A DNA stretch of 64,000 nt from Candidatus Cloacimonadales bacterium. Its GTDB lineage: Bacteria; Cloacimonadota; Cloacimonadia; Cloacimonadales; JAFGVF01. The stretch spans positions 96,001 to 160,000 of the forward strand of contig CAXXOU010000002.1 of the NCBI GenBank assembly GCA_963677495.2, written 5' to 3'. How positions within the stretch are numbered: the first letter of the stretch is position 1; each line of letters starts with the position of its first letter. The position numbers were made by a program, and so were the translations under genes. Positions 1-9,033 of this stretch are shown piece by piece. The notes below the pieces were generated by a model. The model was not told the origin of the DNA, did no database searches, and saw only the letters and a program-made list of their open reading frames with translations.

Positions 1-38
1 ACTTCCAAGCAATTATATAACTTATGAAAGGAGAGCCT

Positions 39-686
39 ATGCCACAGATTATCAGTGCAAAAGAGGCAGCTGAACTTGTAAAACAAGGTGACAAGCTTCT
101 CATTGGTGGATTCCTTGCAGTGGGAGCACCGGAATCAATTATTGATGCTCTTGTTGAGAAAGGAACTAAAGATCTTACACTTGTTGTGATTGCTTCCGAT
201 TGGGAAGATAGAGGAATGGGAAAACTCATTGTAAACAAACAGGCAAAAGCAGTCCAGGTGTCACATCTTGGGACAAATAGAGAGATTCAGAGACAGATGA
301 ACGAGGGTGAGATAGAAGTAGAACTTGTTCCTCAAGGTTCTCTTATGGAACGTGTGCGTGCTGCCGGTGCAGGATTAGGTGGTGTATTAACACCTGTTGG
401 ACTTGGTACTCTTGCAGCTGAAGGCAAACAAGTAATTAATGTTAATGGCAAAGATTTCTTATTAGAAGAAGCTCTTCCGGGAGATGTTGCTATTATCAGA
501 GCTCATAAAGCAGACAAACAAGGTAATCTTGTGTATAGAAAGACTGCCCGTAACAGTAATCCGATTATGGCTACCGCAGCTAAAATAGTGATTGCAGAGG
601 TTGATGAGATCGTAGAAACAGGTGAGTTAGACCCTGAACAGATTGTTACATCCAGTATCTTTGTTAACTACCTGGTGAAGAAATAG
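39..686 (+). CDS. atoD: Acetate/3-oxoacid CoA-transferase subunit A
   Basis: GGFLAVG N-terminal motif, PQGSLMERVRAAGAGLGGVLTPVG, KADKQGNL..RKTARNSNP; SD AAGGAG before ATG 39; paired with subunit B. Confidence 0.9.
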   Translation: MPQIISAKEAAELVKQGDKLLIGGFLAVGAPESIIDALVEKGTKDLTLVVIASDWEDRGMGKLIVNKQAKAVQVSHLGTNREIQRQMNEGEIEVELVPQGSLMERVRAAGAGLGGVLTPVGLGTLAAEGKQVINVNGKDFLLEEALPGDVAIIRAHKADKQGNLVYRKTARNSNPIMATAAKIVIAEVDEIVETGELDPEQIVTSSIFVNYLVKK

Positions 687-695
687 GAGCAGATC

Positions 696-1376
696 ATGAT
701 AGATAAAACAGATAAAAAGTATAAAAGACAGATTATTGGCTGGCGTGTTGCTCAAGAGATGAAAGATGGTGATTATGTGAATCTCGGTATCGGTATTCCT
801 ACTATGGCTGCCAACTACATCCCTGAAGGTGTGAATGTTGTTTTCCAAAGTGAGAACGGTATCATGGGTGTAGGTCCTGCTCCTGCAGATGGAATGCAGG
901 ATGAGGATATGATTAACGCCGGTGGTGGATATATTACTCCTGCGAAAGGTGCATGCTATTTCGATTCATGTGTTAGCTTCGGCATTATCCGTGGTGGACA
1001 TCTTGCAATGACTGTACTTGGTGGTTTACAAGTAGATGAGAAAGGCAATCTAGCTAACTGGATGATTCCCGGTAAGATGGTTCCCGGTATGGGCGGAGCT
1101 ATGGACCTTGTTGTCGGTGCTAAGAAGGTTGTTGTAACTATGGAACATACTGATAAAAAAGGTAACCCAAAGATATTAAAGAACTGTAATCTACCACTCA
1201 CAGCTATGGGTGTTGTTACTATGATTGTAACAGAGATGGCTGTGATTGATGTAACTGATAAAGGTTTAGTACTTCATGAAGTAGCTGAAGGCTATACAGT
1301 AGAAGAAGTTGTGAATGCAACTGAAGCTGAACTTATTATCCCTGAGAATGTAGGGACTTTTAGTTTGCCGCAATAG
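696..1376 (+). CDS. atoA: Acetate/3-oxoacid CoA-transferase subunit B
   Basis: VNLGIGIPT, catalytic QSENG, GNLANWMIPGKMVPGMGGAMDLV. Confidence 0.9.
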   Translation: MIDKTDKKYKRQIIGWRVAQEMKDGDYVNLGIGIPTMAANYIPEGVNVVFQSENGIMGVGPAPADGMQDEDMINAGGGYITPAKGACYFDSCVSFGIIRGGHLAMTVLGGLQVDEKGNLANWMIPGKMVPGMGGAMDLVVGAKKVVVTMEHTDKKGNPKILKNCNLPLTAMGVVTMIVTEMAVIDVTDKGLVLHEVAEGYTVEEVVNATEAELIIPENVGTFSLPQ

Positions 1377-1394
1377 AATAGTTTTGATAGATGT

Positions 1395-1425
1395 GGGAGC
1401 TCATTATAATGAACTCCCTTTTTTT
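1395..1425 (+). terminator. Rho-independent terminator after CoA-transferase operon
   Basis: GGGAG-CTCATT...AATGAA-CTCCC hairpin followed by a T-run. Confidence 0.6.
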
Positions 1426-1426
1426 A

Positions 1427-1515
1427 TCCTGAAAGGATAACCCAATGTTAGCCATGTGGCTTTAGCCCATGGATTAAGAATAGAACACCGATTCGACCCT
1501 GAAGGGGTCGCCCAA
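1427..1515. repeat. REP-like palindromic flank (left) of HUH transposase
   Basis: CCTGAAAGG, AGCCATG..CCCATGG and GACCCTGAAGGGGTCGCCCA; imperfect inverted copy of 2025-2112. Confidence 0.75.
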
Positions 1516-1959
1516 TCAAATATAATCTTCATTGAAATCAACCCCGGCATTGTGTAACATTTGTTTATACTCTTCTTTAGAAGAAAATAGTTTGTGATGT
1601 TCCTGCTGATGTTTTATGTAATCCATTATTGGTTTTCTATCTCTCCACGTGATTGAGAATGCCCCATATCCATTTTGCCATCCTCTAAAACTTGGACATA
1701 CATCATTCTCCTTCATCCAATTTCCTAAAGATGCCTTCATAAGTTTAACAAAGTCAGATAAGCATTGCTGAGGATGTATTGAACACAGTACATGTATATG
1801 GTCATCCATCATGTCCATTTGATAAACGTATGATTTATGGTTCTTAAGAACTCCCCATAAATAGCCTAAAATCTCATCTCGTTTCGATAGATTCAATGTA
1901 CGATAACGTTCTTTTGTACTAAAGACAATGTGATACAATATTTGAGTAAAAGTGGACAT
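1516..1959 (-). CDS. tnpA: IS200/IS605-family (Y1 HUH) transposase, stand-alone, REP-associated type
   Basis: YHIVFSTK, HUH motif DHIH, WQNGYGAFS, catalytic Tyr in YIKHQQEHH; no tnpB nearby. Confidence 0.9.
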   Translation of the reverse strand: MSTFTQILYHIVFSTKERYRTLNLSKRDEILGYLWGVLKNHKSYVYQMDMMDDHIHVLCSIHPQQCLSDFVKLMKASLGNWMKENDVCPSFRGWQNGYGAFSITWRDRKPIMDYIKHQQEHHKLFSSKEEYKQMLHNAGVDFNEDYI

Positions 1960-2024
1960 TGTTCCTCCTGTTTTCTACAGATATAGATAATATAACTAAG
2001 AATAGATTTTGAGCAATATTGTGA

Positions 2025-2112
2025 TGGGCAACCCCTTCAGGGTTGAATATTTAATTGCAATTTTCCCATAGGTTAAAACCTATGGCTAACCGTGGGTAAC
2101 CCTTTAAGGGTT
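2025..2112. repeat. REP-like palindromic flank (right) of HUH transposase
   Basis: TGGGCAACCCCTTCAGGGTT ... CCATAGGTTAAAACCTATGGCTAA ... GGGTAACCCTTTAAGGG; mirrors the left flank. Confidence 0.75.
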
Positions 2113-2166
2113 AAGGAGAAAAGGGAGCCTGCTATTGCAAACTCCCTATATTATATATTAAATCTA

Positions 2167-3318
2167 TTATTTAAAAGCTTCCATACCTGAATAGTCACGA
2201 TAGAAGTCGTAACTCTTTAGTGTACGAATATCATCTTCAGTTTCGCTATTTGTAGCAATACGAGCGATTAACTCACCCATACCTGGTCCGAGCATGAAGC
2301 CTTGACCACTCATGCCAACACAATTTATGTAGTTCTCAATCTCTTTGGTTCTTCCAACGATTGGGAAACCGTCAGGAGTCATCGGATATTGACCTCTCCA
2401 AGTTCTACGCACTTTGTAGAAGCGAAGGCGTGGATAAATCTTAAGCATTCTACGAGCTATAGTAGGCAGGAATTCAGAAGTTGCTTCATTATCGATACCT
2501 ACGATTGGAGGGTCAGGAGTATAACAGAATACAATCTGACCTTCATGGTTCTGGTAGAAGTAGAAGTTTGCTGAGCCCGGGGCTTTACGCATATCGATAA
2601 CCATAGGACCAAAGAATCTTTTAACAGGATCAGAGATACCAGCTTCGTGGTTATCAGGGAATACTTTTACATCAAGTCCAACCATCTTACCAATCTGACG
2701 GGCATAGTTACCGGCAGCGTTAACTACTTGTCCGCAACTATAAACACCTTTATCTGTTTTTACTCCTGTAATCTTGTTCCCGGACATCTCAATACCGGTA
2801 ACAGATTCATTAAAATGCATCTCTACACCTGCTCTTATTGCTCTGAAGTAATATGCAGACATTGAGAGAAGTGGGGAACAGCTTCCATCTTCAGGTGAAT
2901 ATGTTGAACCACGTAATCCCTCCATCTCAACACCTGGTACGATTTCATTATACTCTTCAGGGGAGAGCCAGTTAATGTTCAAACCAAAGCTATGTTGAAC
3001 CTTCATAAGTTCTTTATATTTCTTCTCATGGTCTTCTGAGTAGGCAGGATAAGAGTAACCATTAGACATCCAACCGATATCATCTCCATATACCTCTTTC
3101 CAGGTTGAGAAGATCTCAATACTTCTTTTACATGTTTGAATCTTTCCAAAATCGGAATGAGTAGCTCGCACACCACCAATAGCTTTTTTATTATTTGCTT
3201 GTCCCGGTCCCGGTAAAGAGTCAAGACAAAGTACACTAAGCTTTCTTTCTGCCATCTCAACTGCAGCAGGGAGTCCAACAGAACCTGCACCAATTACAAT
3301 AACATCATAATTCTTCAT
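2167..3318 (-). CDS. FAD-dependent oxidoreductase (DAO / sarcosine oxidase beta / proline dehydrogenase beta-like)
   Basis: GAGSVG Rossmann motif, VVNAAG, W.G.Y..TPDG.PIVG, GMSGQGFMLGP. Confidence 0.85.
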   Translation of the reverse strand: MKNYDVIVIGAGSVGLPAAVEMAERKLSVLCLDSLPGPGQANNKKAIGGVRATHSDFGKIQTCKRSIEIFSTWKEVYGDDIGWMSNGYSYPAYSEDHEKKYKELMKVQHSFGLNINWLSPEEYNEIVPGVEMEGLRGSTYSPEDGSCSPLLSMSAYYFRAIRAGVEMHFNESVTGIEMSGNKITGVKTDKGVYSCGQVVNAAGNYARQIGKMVGLDVKVFPDNHEAGISDPVKRFFGPMVIDMRKAPGSANFYFYQNHEGQIVFCYTPDPPIVGIDNEATSEFLPTIARRMLKIYPRLRFYKVRRTWRGQYPMTPDGFPIVGRTKEIENYINCVGMSGQGFMLGPGMGELIARIATNSETEDDIRTLKSYDFYRDYSGMEAFK

Positions 3319-3321
3319 TAT

Positions 3322-5391
3322 TTACTCCTTACCATCTGCAAATACTTCTAAAGGAACCTCAATAAACACAGGTCTCTTAGTATTTGGTACGACATTCTCA
3401 ACAGGAATTCCTTCCTGTCTAAGGACTTGCTTTATAAGAGTATCACATGTTTTAGCTCCACATGGTCCCATACCTGAGCGAGTAATCGCTTTAATCTGGT
3501 TAAGGTCAGTGATACCTTTTCTGATTAGCTCTCTAACTTCACCAACAGTGACACGTTCGCAAAGGCAAATCATGGCATCATCAGCTTGTCTTTCATCGAT
3601 GATAGTGCCTGTATTTGCTTTAGATACTTCTTCAGCTTGAACGATAAGTCCTGCAATCTTCCGAGCATTAGCTTTAGTTGCTTTTACTCTTACAAGCTGT
3701 GTTCTGTTTGCTTTGTTAGTTAGAACTTGGGTTACTTCTGCTTCTTCAAGCTTGTTACCATCAATATCAACAACTCTTACTTTATTACCCTCAACAACAG
3801 GATAATTACCAACTTCATAAGGCATAGTAACAGTTGGCATATCTGCATCTTTTCTGAAGTCCACGAGCGTTATAGCGAGACCCGGGCAGATAAGAACACA
3901 TTTACCACAACCGATACAGCTTCCTTCATAGATAGGAACACCCATCAAACCACCATCTTCAGTATGGATGGAGTTAGTCGGGCAAACAGTTGTACATGGA
4001 TTACATGGAATCTCTTGCAAACAATGTATAATAGGGAATACACCCTCATCTTTCGGATAGTTTCTGTATGAATGCAATGCACCCGGATGTGATTTAAGCA
4101 CTTCAGCTTTCTCTTCCCAGTCACTTGGAATCTCACCAATCTCTGCACCCATAGCTTTGCAGATTTCAATACCTGCAATCTTACCATTAAACATAGCAGA
4201 GGACGCTTCGGCAATCTCGTGTGCGTCACCTGCAGCAAATACTTTAATACCTGCAATCTCAGCTTCATTAGTAAACTCATCGAGACGATCAAGTCCAACT
4301 GCGATAAGGATAGTGTCGCAATCGAAAGTCTGTTCTGTTCCCGGGATAGGCTCAAATTTATCATTTATAGCTGCAATTGTGATAGAACTAACTTCTTCAT
4401 CACCATTAGCAGAGAGGATTGTATGTGAAGTATATACAGGAACACCGAGTCTTCTCAGTTTATCATCATGCACCTTGTAACCACCACATTTTGGCATTGC
4501 TTCCACAAGACCAACAACATCAATCCCTGCTTGAAGTGCATGATATCCTGCAATAAGACCAACATTACCACCACCGATAATGAAAAGACGTTCAGTTGGT
4601 CTTACAAGGTCACGGTTCACGAGAGTCTGGAACGCACCGGCACCGTAGATACCGGCTAATGTGTTGCCACTAAAGCGAAGGAACTTTTCTCTTGCTCCTG
4701 CAGCATTAAGGATAAGCTTTGGCTCAACTATCTTATAAACGCCATCTTTTACAATTCCGACTTTCTTGTCACTAAAGACATAGAGAGCAGTACTGTTTAG
4801 CCATACTTCTATTGTATCCATACCCATTACTTTCTCTGCAAGCTTTTCACCGATGGCATTACCACGTGTTCCGGCATGAGAATCTTCAACTGAACCAAAG
4901 AATTTATGTGTCTGTAGAACAAGCTTTCCACCGAGTACATTCTTATCATCAACTATCAGTGCTTTTATATTACGCTCTCCGAGCTCAATTGCAGCTGACA
5001 ATCCTGCAGGACCACCACCGATAATAAGTACATCAGTTTGTAGCTCTTCTACAGGTTCAAGATTAGGGTTTTCTTCTGATTCAGGCATTTCAGGTAAACC
5101 GTCAGCCGGTTTCACAATCATATTCTCCTGCACAGCAGTCATACATGATTTAACCGGGATTCCGTTTGCGATTACCATACATTTGGCACACTGACCATTT
5201 GCACAGAATATACCTTGAGCAGTACCATCCTTGTGATGATGTCCGAATGTTTTGATTCCGTTAGCCATTAGTGCTGAAGAGATTACTTCGCCTTCTTTAG
5301 CGATGAGACACTGGTTGTCCCAATAGAACTTTATCTCTTTTTTTTCAGGCACATCAAGCACCGGATGCTGATGGATGCGTTGTTGTTCCAT
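3322..5391 (-). CDS. Multidomain flavo-Fe-S oxidoreductase: 2Fe-2S + FAD/NAD pyr_redox + 4Fe-4S ferredoxin + BFD-like 2Fe-2S
   Basis: FCANGQCAKC..C; GGGPAGL; CNPCTTVCP and CIGCGKCVLICP; CLC...GMGPCGAKTC. Confidence 0.85.
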   Translation of the reverse strand: MEQQRIHQHPVLDVPEKKEIKFYWDNQCLIAKEGEVISSALMANGIKTFGHHHKDGTAQGIFCANGQCAKCMVIANGIPVKSCMTAVQENMIVKPADGLPEMPESEENPNLEPVEELQTDVLIIGGGPAGLSAAIELGERNIKALIVDDKNVLGGKLVLQTHKFFGSVEDSHAGTRGNAIGEKLAEKVMGMDTIEVWLNSTALYVFSDKKVGIVKDGVYKIVEPKLILNAAGAREKFLRFSGNTLAGIYGAGAFQTLVNRDLVRPTERLFIIGGGNVGLIAGYHALQAGIDVVGLVEAMPKCGGYKVHDDKLRRLGVPVYTSHTILSANGDEEVSSITIAAINDKFEPIPGTEQTFDCDTILIAVGLDRLDEFTNEAEIAGIKVFAAGDAHEIAEASSAMFNGKIAGIEICKAMGAEIGEIPSDWEEKAEVLKSHPGALHSYRNYPKDEGVFPIIHCLQEIPCNPCTTVCPTNSIHTEDGGLMGVPIYEGSCIGCGKCVLICPGLAITLVDFRKDADMPTVTMPYEVGNYPVVEGNKVRVVDIDGNKLEEAEVTQVLTNKANRTQLVRVKATKANARKIAGLIVQAEEVSKANTGTIIDERQADDAMICLCERVTVGEVRELIRKGITDLNQIKAITRSGMGPCGAKTCDTLIKQVLRQEGIPVENVVPNTKRPVFIEVPLEVFADGKE

Positions 5392-5517
5392 AGACTTACT
5401 CCCTATTCTATATTTTTCCTCTAAACACTGTTTTGGCTATTCTGTGTCAAGAAAAAATGAGGAGTTATTAATCAGATATTCACTATATATGAGAGCATGC
5501 ACATATATATCATGCTA

Positions 5518-5653
5518 CTCTCTGCAGTAACTAGTCATTGTAAACAGGTTTTAACTTGGCGATAGGTTGGTAAATTCTTGGCAATTAGGCCAAGAATAGG
5601 CCAAGGGTTTACCAAGGGTTTGCCAAGTGTCTACCAAGAATTACTGCAGAGAG
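5518..5653. repeat. 11-bp-phased palindromic element (TTGG -> CCAAG) with 13-bp terminal inverted repeat
   Basis: CTCTCTGCAGTAA 5518-5530 / TTACTGCAGAGAG 5641-5653; (C/G)TTGG at 5555,5566,5577; CCAAG at 5590,5601,5612,5623,5634. Confidence 0.85.
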
Positions 5654-5796
5654 ATGAAGGACAATAAGGGATTAGATCAATCTGTTTTGTAGAGAGTAGT
5701 ATCAATGTGTCTTTCTAACCGGAATTAGTAGATACATAATAGTATTAAATCTTGACAATATGAAATTATTAATGTTGAACATATTTAGGAGGTAAT

Positions 5797-8322
5797 ATGA
5801 AGCAGATTATTACTATTGTATTTATGTTGCTATGTCTAAGTTGTTTTGCTCAAACTCAAAGATTAGTTGGTTCCGGTACTGAGGATGACCCTTATCTAAT
5901 TAGTAGTGAATATGATTTATTCGTGTTTGGTTCGAACTCCGACACTGCCTTTGGTGATACCCTATATTATTTTCAAACATGCGATATATATTTTAGTAAT
6001 ATGGCTCATAGTGTTGTTTATGACGGGTTCTTCTCGTATGGCCAAACTTATGCCCCCTTTAACGGTGTTTTTGATGGAAATAACAAAAGAATAATCTATG
6101 ATGATAATTTACCACCGGTGACAGGAAGTTTCATGGGTTATACTGATGGAGCTGTTTTAAAAAACATTAATCTGGTTAATCTAAATCTCTCATTGAACTA
6201 TGAAGGTGGTGGGTTAGTTAACTCAGCCAATTATACAACATTTCAAAACTGTAGTGTGTCCGGTACAATTACAACTAATCAGTATTATGGAGGATTGGTA
6301 AATCATACAGATAATTGTACAATTGAACAATGCTTTGTTGATGCCTCGATTACTGCAGATGAGGGTACTAACCCTGATATTGGTGGATTAATCAGACATT
6401 GTTACAACTCTTCAGTATCAAACAGCTTTGTTAAAGGATCAATAGATACATATTCAAGTGGAGGTCTGGTTTATGATAATTGGCAATCTACTATCAGGAA
6501 CTGTTATGCAAATGTTGAGAATATTGACAATCAGGATATGGGAGGAATATTTTCAAGTACAACAAATTTTACAGGGGATTCATTACAGAACAATGTATGG
6601 AACTCAGACCTTAATACCTCTGATCAAAGTAATATAATATTTTTCCCACTCTCATCTGATGAGGTATTGGCCGCAACTACAGCTGAGATGCAACTTGAGA
6701 GTACTTATACCTCCAGAAGTTGGGATTTTATCGGTGAAACTGTGAATGGAACAGATGATATTTGGGGGATTCATCCTCAGGTAAATGATGGTTTACCATA
6801 TCTTACTGTCTTTAATCCTCATGTAACAAGCTTTGTCTCTGATAGCACGACTGTATATGTTGATTCACAAATTCAGTTTACTGACACAACAAATAGAAAT
6901 CCCTCAAGTTGGGAATGGGATTTTGATAATGATGGCAACATTGACAGTAATCAGCAAAACCCTACTTATTCGTATGAGTTACCCGGTACTTATACAGTAT
7001 CATTAATTACAGTGGCTGATAGCAGTACTATTACAACAACAAAACAAGATTATATTACTGTGAACCCATTAAATCAACCTGACATTGTTTGTGAAACTGA
7101 TAGCTTGATATTTGGTGCTGTACCTTCTCAACAATCCGTAACTTTACCCATCGTTATTCAGAACATTGGCTCTGTTACATTGAATATAACAGATTTCCCT
7201 TCTACTAATCCAGCATTTTCTGTTCAGTTGTTGCAACAGACTCTGCCTATTTCGTTAGCTCCAGGTAGCTCGCAGCAATTTGAGGTTGAGTTCTCTCCAG
7301 GTAGTGGAGGAGAGTTTGAAGGAGTTATAACTGTGTTGTCTGATGACCCGATACATCCTCAGATTCAAATAAACGTTCATGGAACAGGAAACAGTTTAAC
7401 AGCAGATTTCGAAGCCCATCCTCAGTCAGGAGATGTGCCTCTTAGTGTACAGTTTGTAAATAACTCATCTGGTAATATTACAAGCTATTTATGGGACTTT
7501 GGTGATGGCTTTACATCGACAGATGAGTATGCATTTCATGAATATACAACTCCGGGTACATATACAGTTACCCTTTCAGTTTCTGATGGTAGTTCACAAT
7601 CAGAGAAAATTGAGACTGATTATATAGTTGTAAATGATTATGCAAATATTAGTACAAATCTTACAACCATAGATTTTGGTACAATATATCTTTCTTCCGT
7701 TAGACCTGATTCTACTGTTATTATTACAAATACAGGTGTGTCAGCATTAGAAATTACTGATATAAGTGTCTCAGATGTAGAGGGTGTAAATGGTTTCAAC
7801 TATAACTATCCTAATATGTACACTACCATACTTTCCAATGCGAGTGAAGAGATGCAAGTATCTTTTACACCTCAAAATGTGGGAGAATATCAAGCTAGTC
7901 TGATCTTAACAAACAACTCGAATGCTTCCCCAACTTATACCATTCAACTCACAGGAATTTGTGAGTATAATCCTCCCTTGAATCCTGAAAATGTAACAAT
8001 CATTACTATAGGTAATGATGCTCAGATATCATGGGACCAAGTGACTGAAGATATATTTGGCAATAGTATTACCCCTAATGGGTATATTGTACTTTATAAT
8101 GAATCTCCTAATAGTGTTGAAGAAGATTTCTATTTCTTACAATATGTAAGTGATAGCACAGCCTATACTCATCAAAATGTTGGTTATTTTAGGGACAATA
8201 TGTACTATCAAGTAAAAACATATATTAGTTATGATCCAATTAGAATAGAGGGGCTTGAGCTTTTAAACACTATAGATTCTAAAGAGATTAGAAAAGGTGA
8301 TATTGAGAAGTACTTAAAATAA
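5797..8322 (+). CDS. Secreted protein: GLUG-like beta-helix, two PKD domains, two Ig-like (choice-of-anchor D-like) domains
   Basis: Signal peptide; GSGTEDDPYLI and GGLV repeats; PKD motifs WEWDFDNDG and YLWDFGDG; SD AGGAGG. Confidence 0.8.
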   Translation: MKQIITIVFMLLCLSCFAQTQRLVGSGTEDDPYLISSEYDLFVFGSNSDTAFGDTLYYFQTCDIYFSNMAHSVVYDGFFSYGQTYAPFNGVFDGNNKRIIYDDNLPPVTGSFMGYTDGAVLKNINLVNLNLSLNYEGGGLVNSANYTTFQNCSVSGTITTNQYYGGLVNHTDNCTIEQCFVDASITADEGTNPDIGGLIRHCYNSSVSNSFVKGSIDTYSSGGLVYDNWQSTIRNCYANVENIDNQDMGGIFSSTTNFTGDSLQNNVWNSDLNTSDQSNIIFFPLSSDEVLAATTAEMQLESTYTSRSWDFIGETVNGTDDIWGIHPQVNDGLPYLTVFNPHVTSFVSDSTTVYVDSQIQFTDTTNRNPSSWEWDFDNDGNIDSNQQNPTYSYELPGTYTVSLITVADSSTITTTKQDYITVNPLNQPDIVCETDSLIFGAVPSQQSVTLPIVIQNIGSVTLNITDFPSTNPAFSVQLLQQTLPISLAPGSSQQFEVEFSPGSGGEFEGVITVLSDDPIHPQIQINVHGTGNSLTADFEAHPQSGDVPLSVQFVNNSSGNITSYLWDFGDGFTSTDEYAFHEYTTPGTYTVTLSVSDGSSQSEKIETDYIVVNDYANISTNLTTIDFGTIYLSSVRPDSTVIITNTGVSALEITDISVSDVEGVNGFNYNYPNMYTTILSNASEEMQVSFTPQNVGEYQASLILTNNSNASPTYTIQLTGICEYNPPLNPENVTIITIGNDAQISWDQVTEDIFGNSITPNGYIVLYNESPNSVEEDFYFLQYVSDSTAYTHQNVGYFRDNMYYQVKTYISYDPIRIEGLELLNTIDSKEIRKGDIEKYLK

Positions 8323-8503
8323 ATTATTGTTACTAAAATCGCATCAATATGTGTTTACTGGAATGACTCCATGCGTTTGATAGTCAACTAATCTAAGTTA
8401 TTGGCTCAATACCGAATAGAGTGGAACTCCCATTGGTCGCTTCAAACTTTCGCTTGAAGCTTCGTCTAGACAGGTGGACTCGTCCATCAGATTAAGAACA
8501 TAC

Positions 8504-8682
8504 ACAGTGCCTTTTGCAACGACTTAACTATATTTATTGCCCTTTTTGCACTCTTTCAGTGCTCTAGCAAGCAACGCACTGTTTTCCCACTGTGCACGCA
8601 CTGTGAAGGCACTGCCAACCCACTGTTTCACTGGGTGCACAGTGCGTGCACAGTGGGAAAGCAGTGGGATGACTGCGGTTTT
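8504..8682. repeat. About 180-bp dispersed repeat containing 11-bp-phased CACTG -> CAGTG palindrome (copy 1)
   Basis: CACTG at 8577,8588,8599,8610,8621; CAGTG at 8640,8651,8662; near-identical copy at 53508-53686. Confidence 0.9.
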
Positions 8683-8797
8683 ATGAATGGATTTGTACTG
8701 GAGCGATCTGATCAACTCCAATCTTAAGGAGAAGCATTAAATTAAGAAACCACCTTTTTAAATAGATCAAGAATTTCTAAAATTGCCGTTCTGGTTA

Positions 8798-8908
8798 TAC
8801 CTTCGGAATGGTCCTTAGACCTTGCGAATGGTTCTCTTGAAAGTTTACGTAAAAATAGCAACTTCCACCATTTGCAAGGTCTCGCAAAACTCAACCATTC
8901 CAAAGGTA
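8798..8908 (-). repeat. Solo REPIN-like unit of the 119-bp array family
   Basis: ACCTT-N4-ATGGT at 8799, 8819; ACCAT-N4-AAGGT at 8867, 8894; linkers match the array unit in reverse orientation. Confidence 0.8.
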
Positions 8909-9033
8909 GAGAATCATAATTAGGTTGCCCGATACAACTCTGAAAATAGTTATTGCTTGACATGATAAGTAGCAATGTAGTTATACAAATAGTATTACTC
9001 TATGCAACTTGAACATAGAGTTAGGAGTTGAGT

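Noticed and set aside
8524..8975. Small ORFs 8524-8721 and 8742-8975 (also 53551-53850, 28382-28838)
   Set aside because: They run across palindromic non-coding repeats, which explain their sequence.
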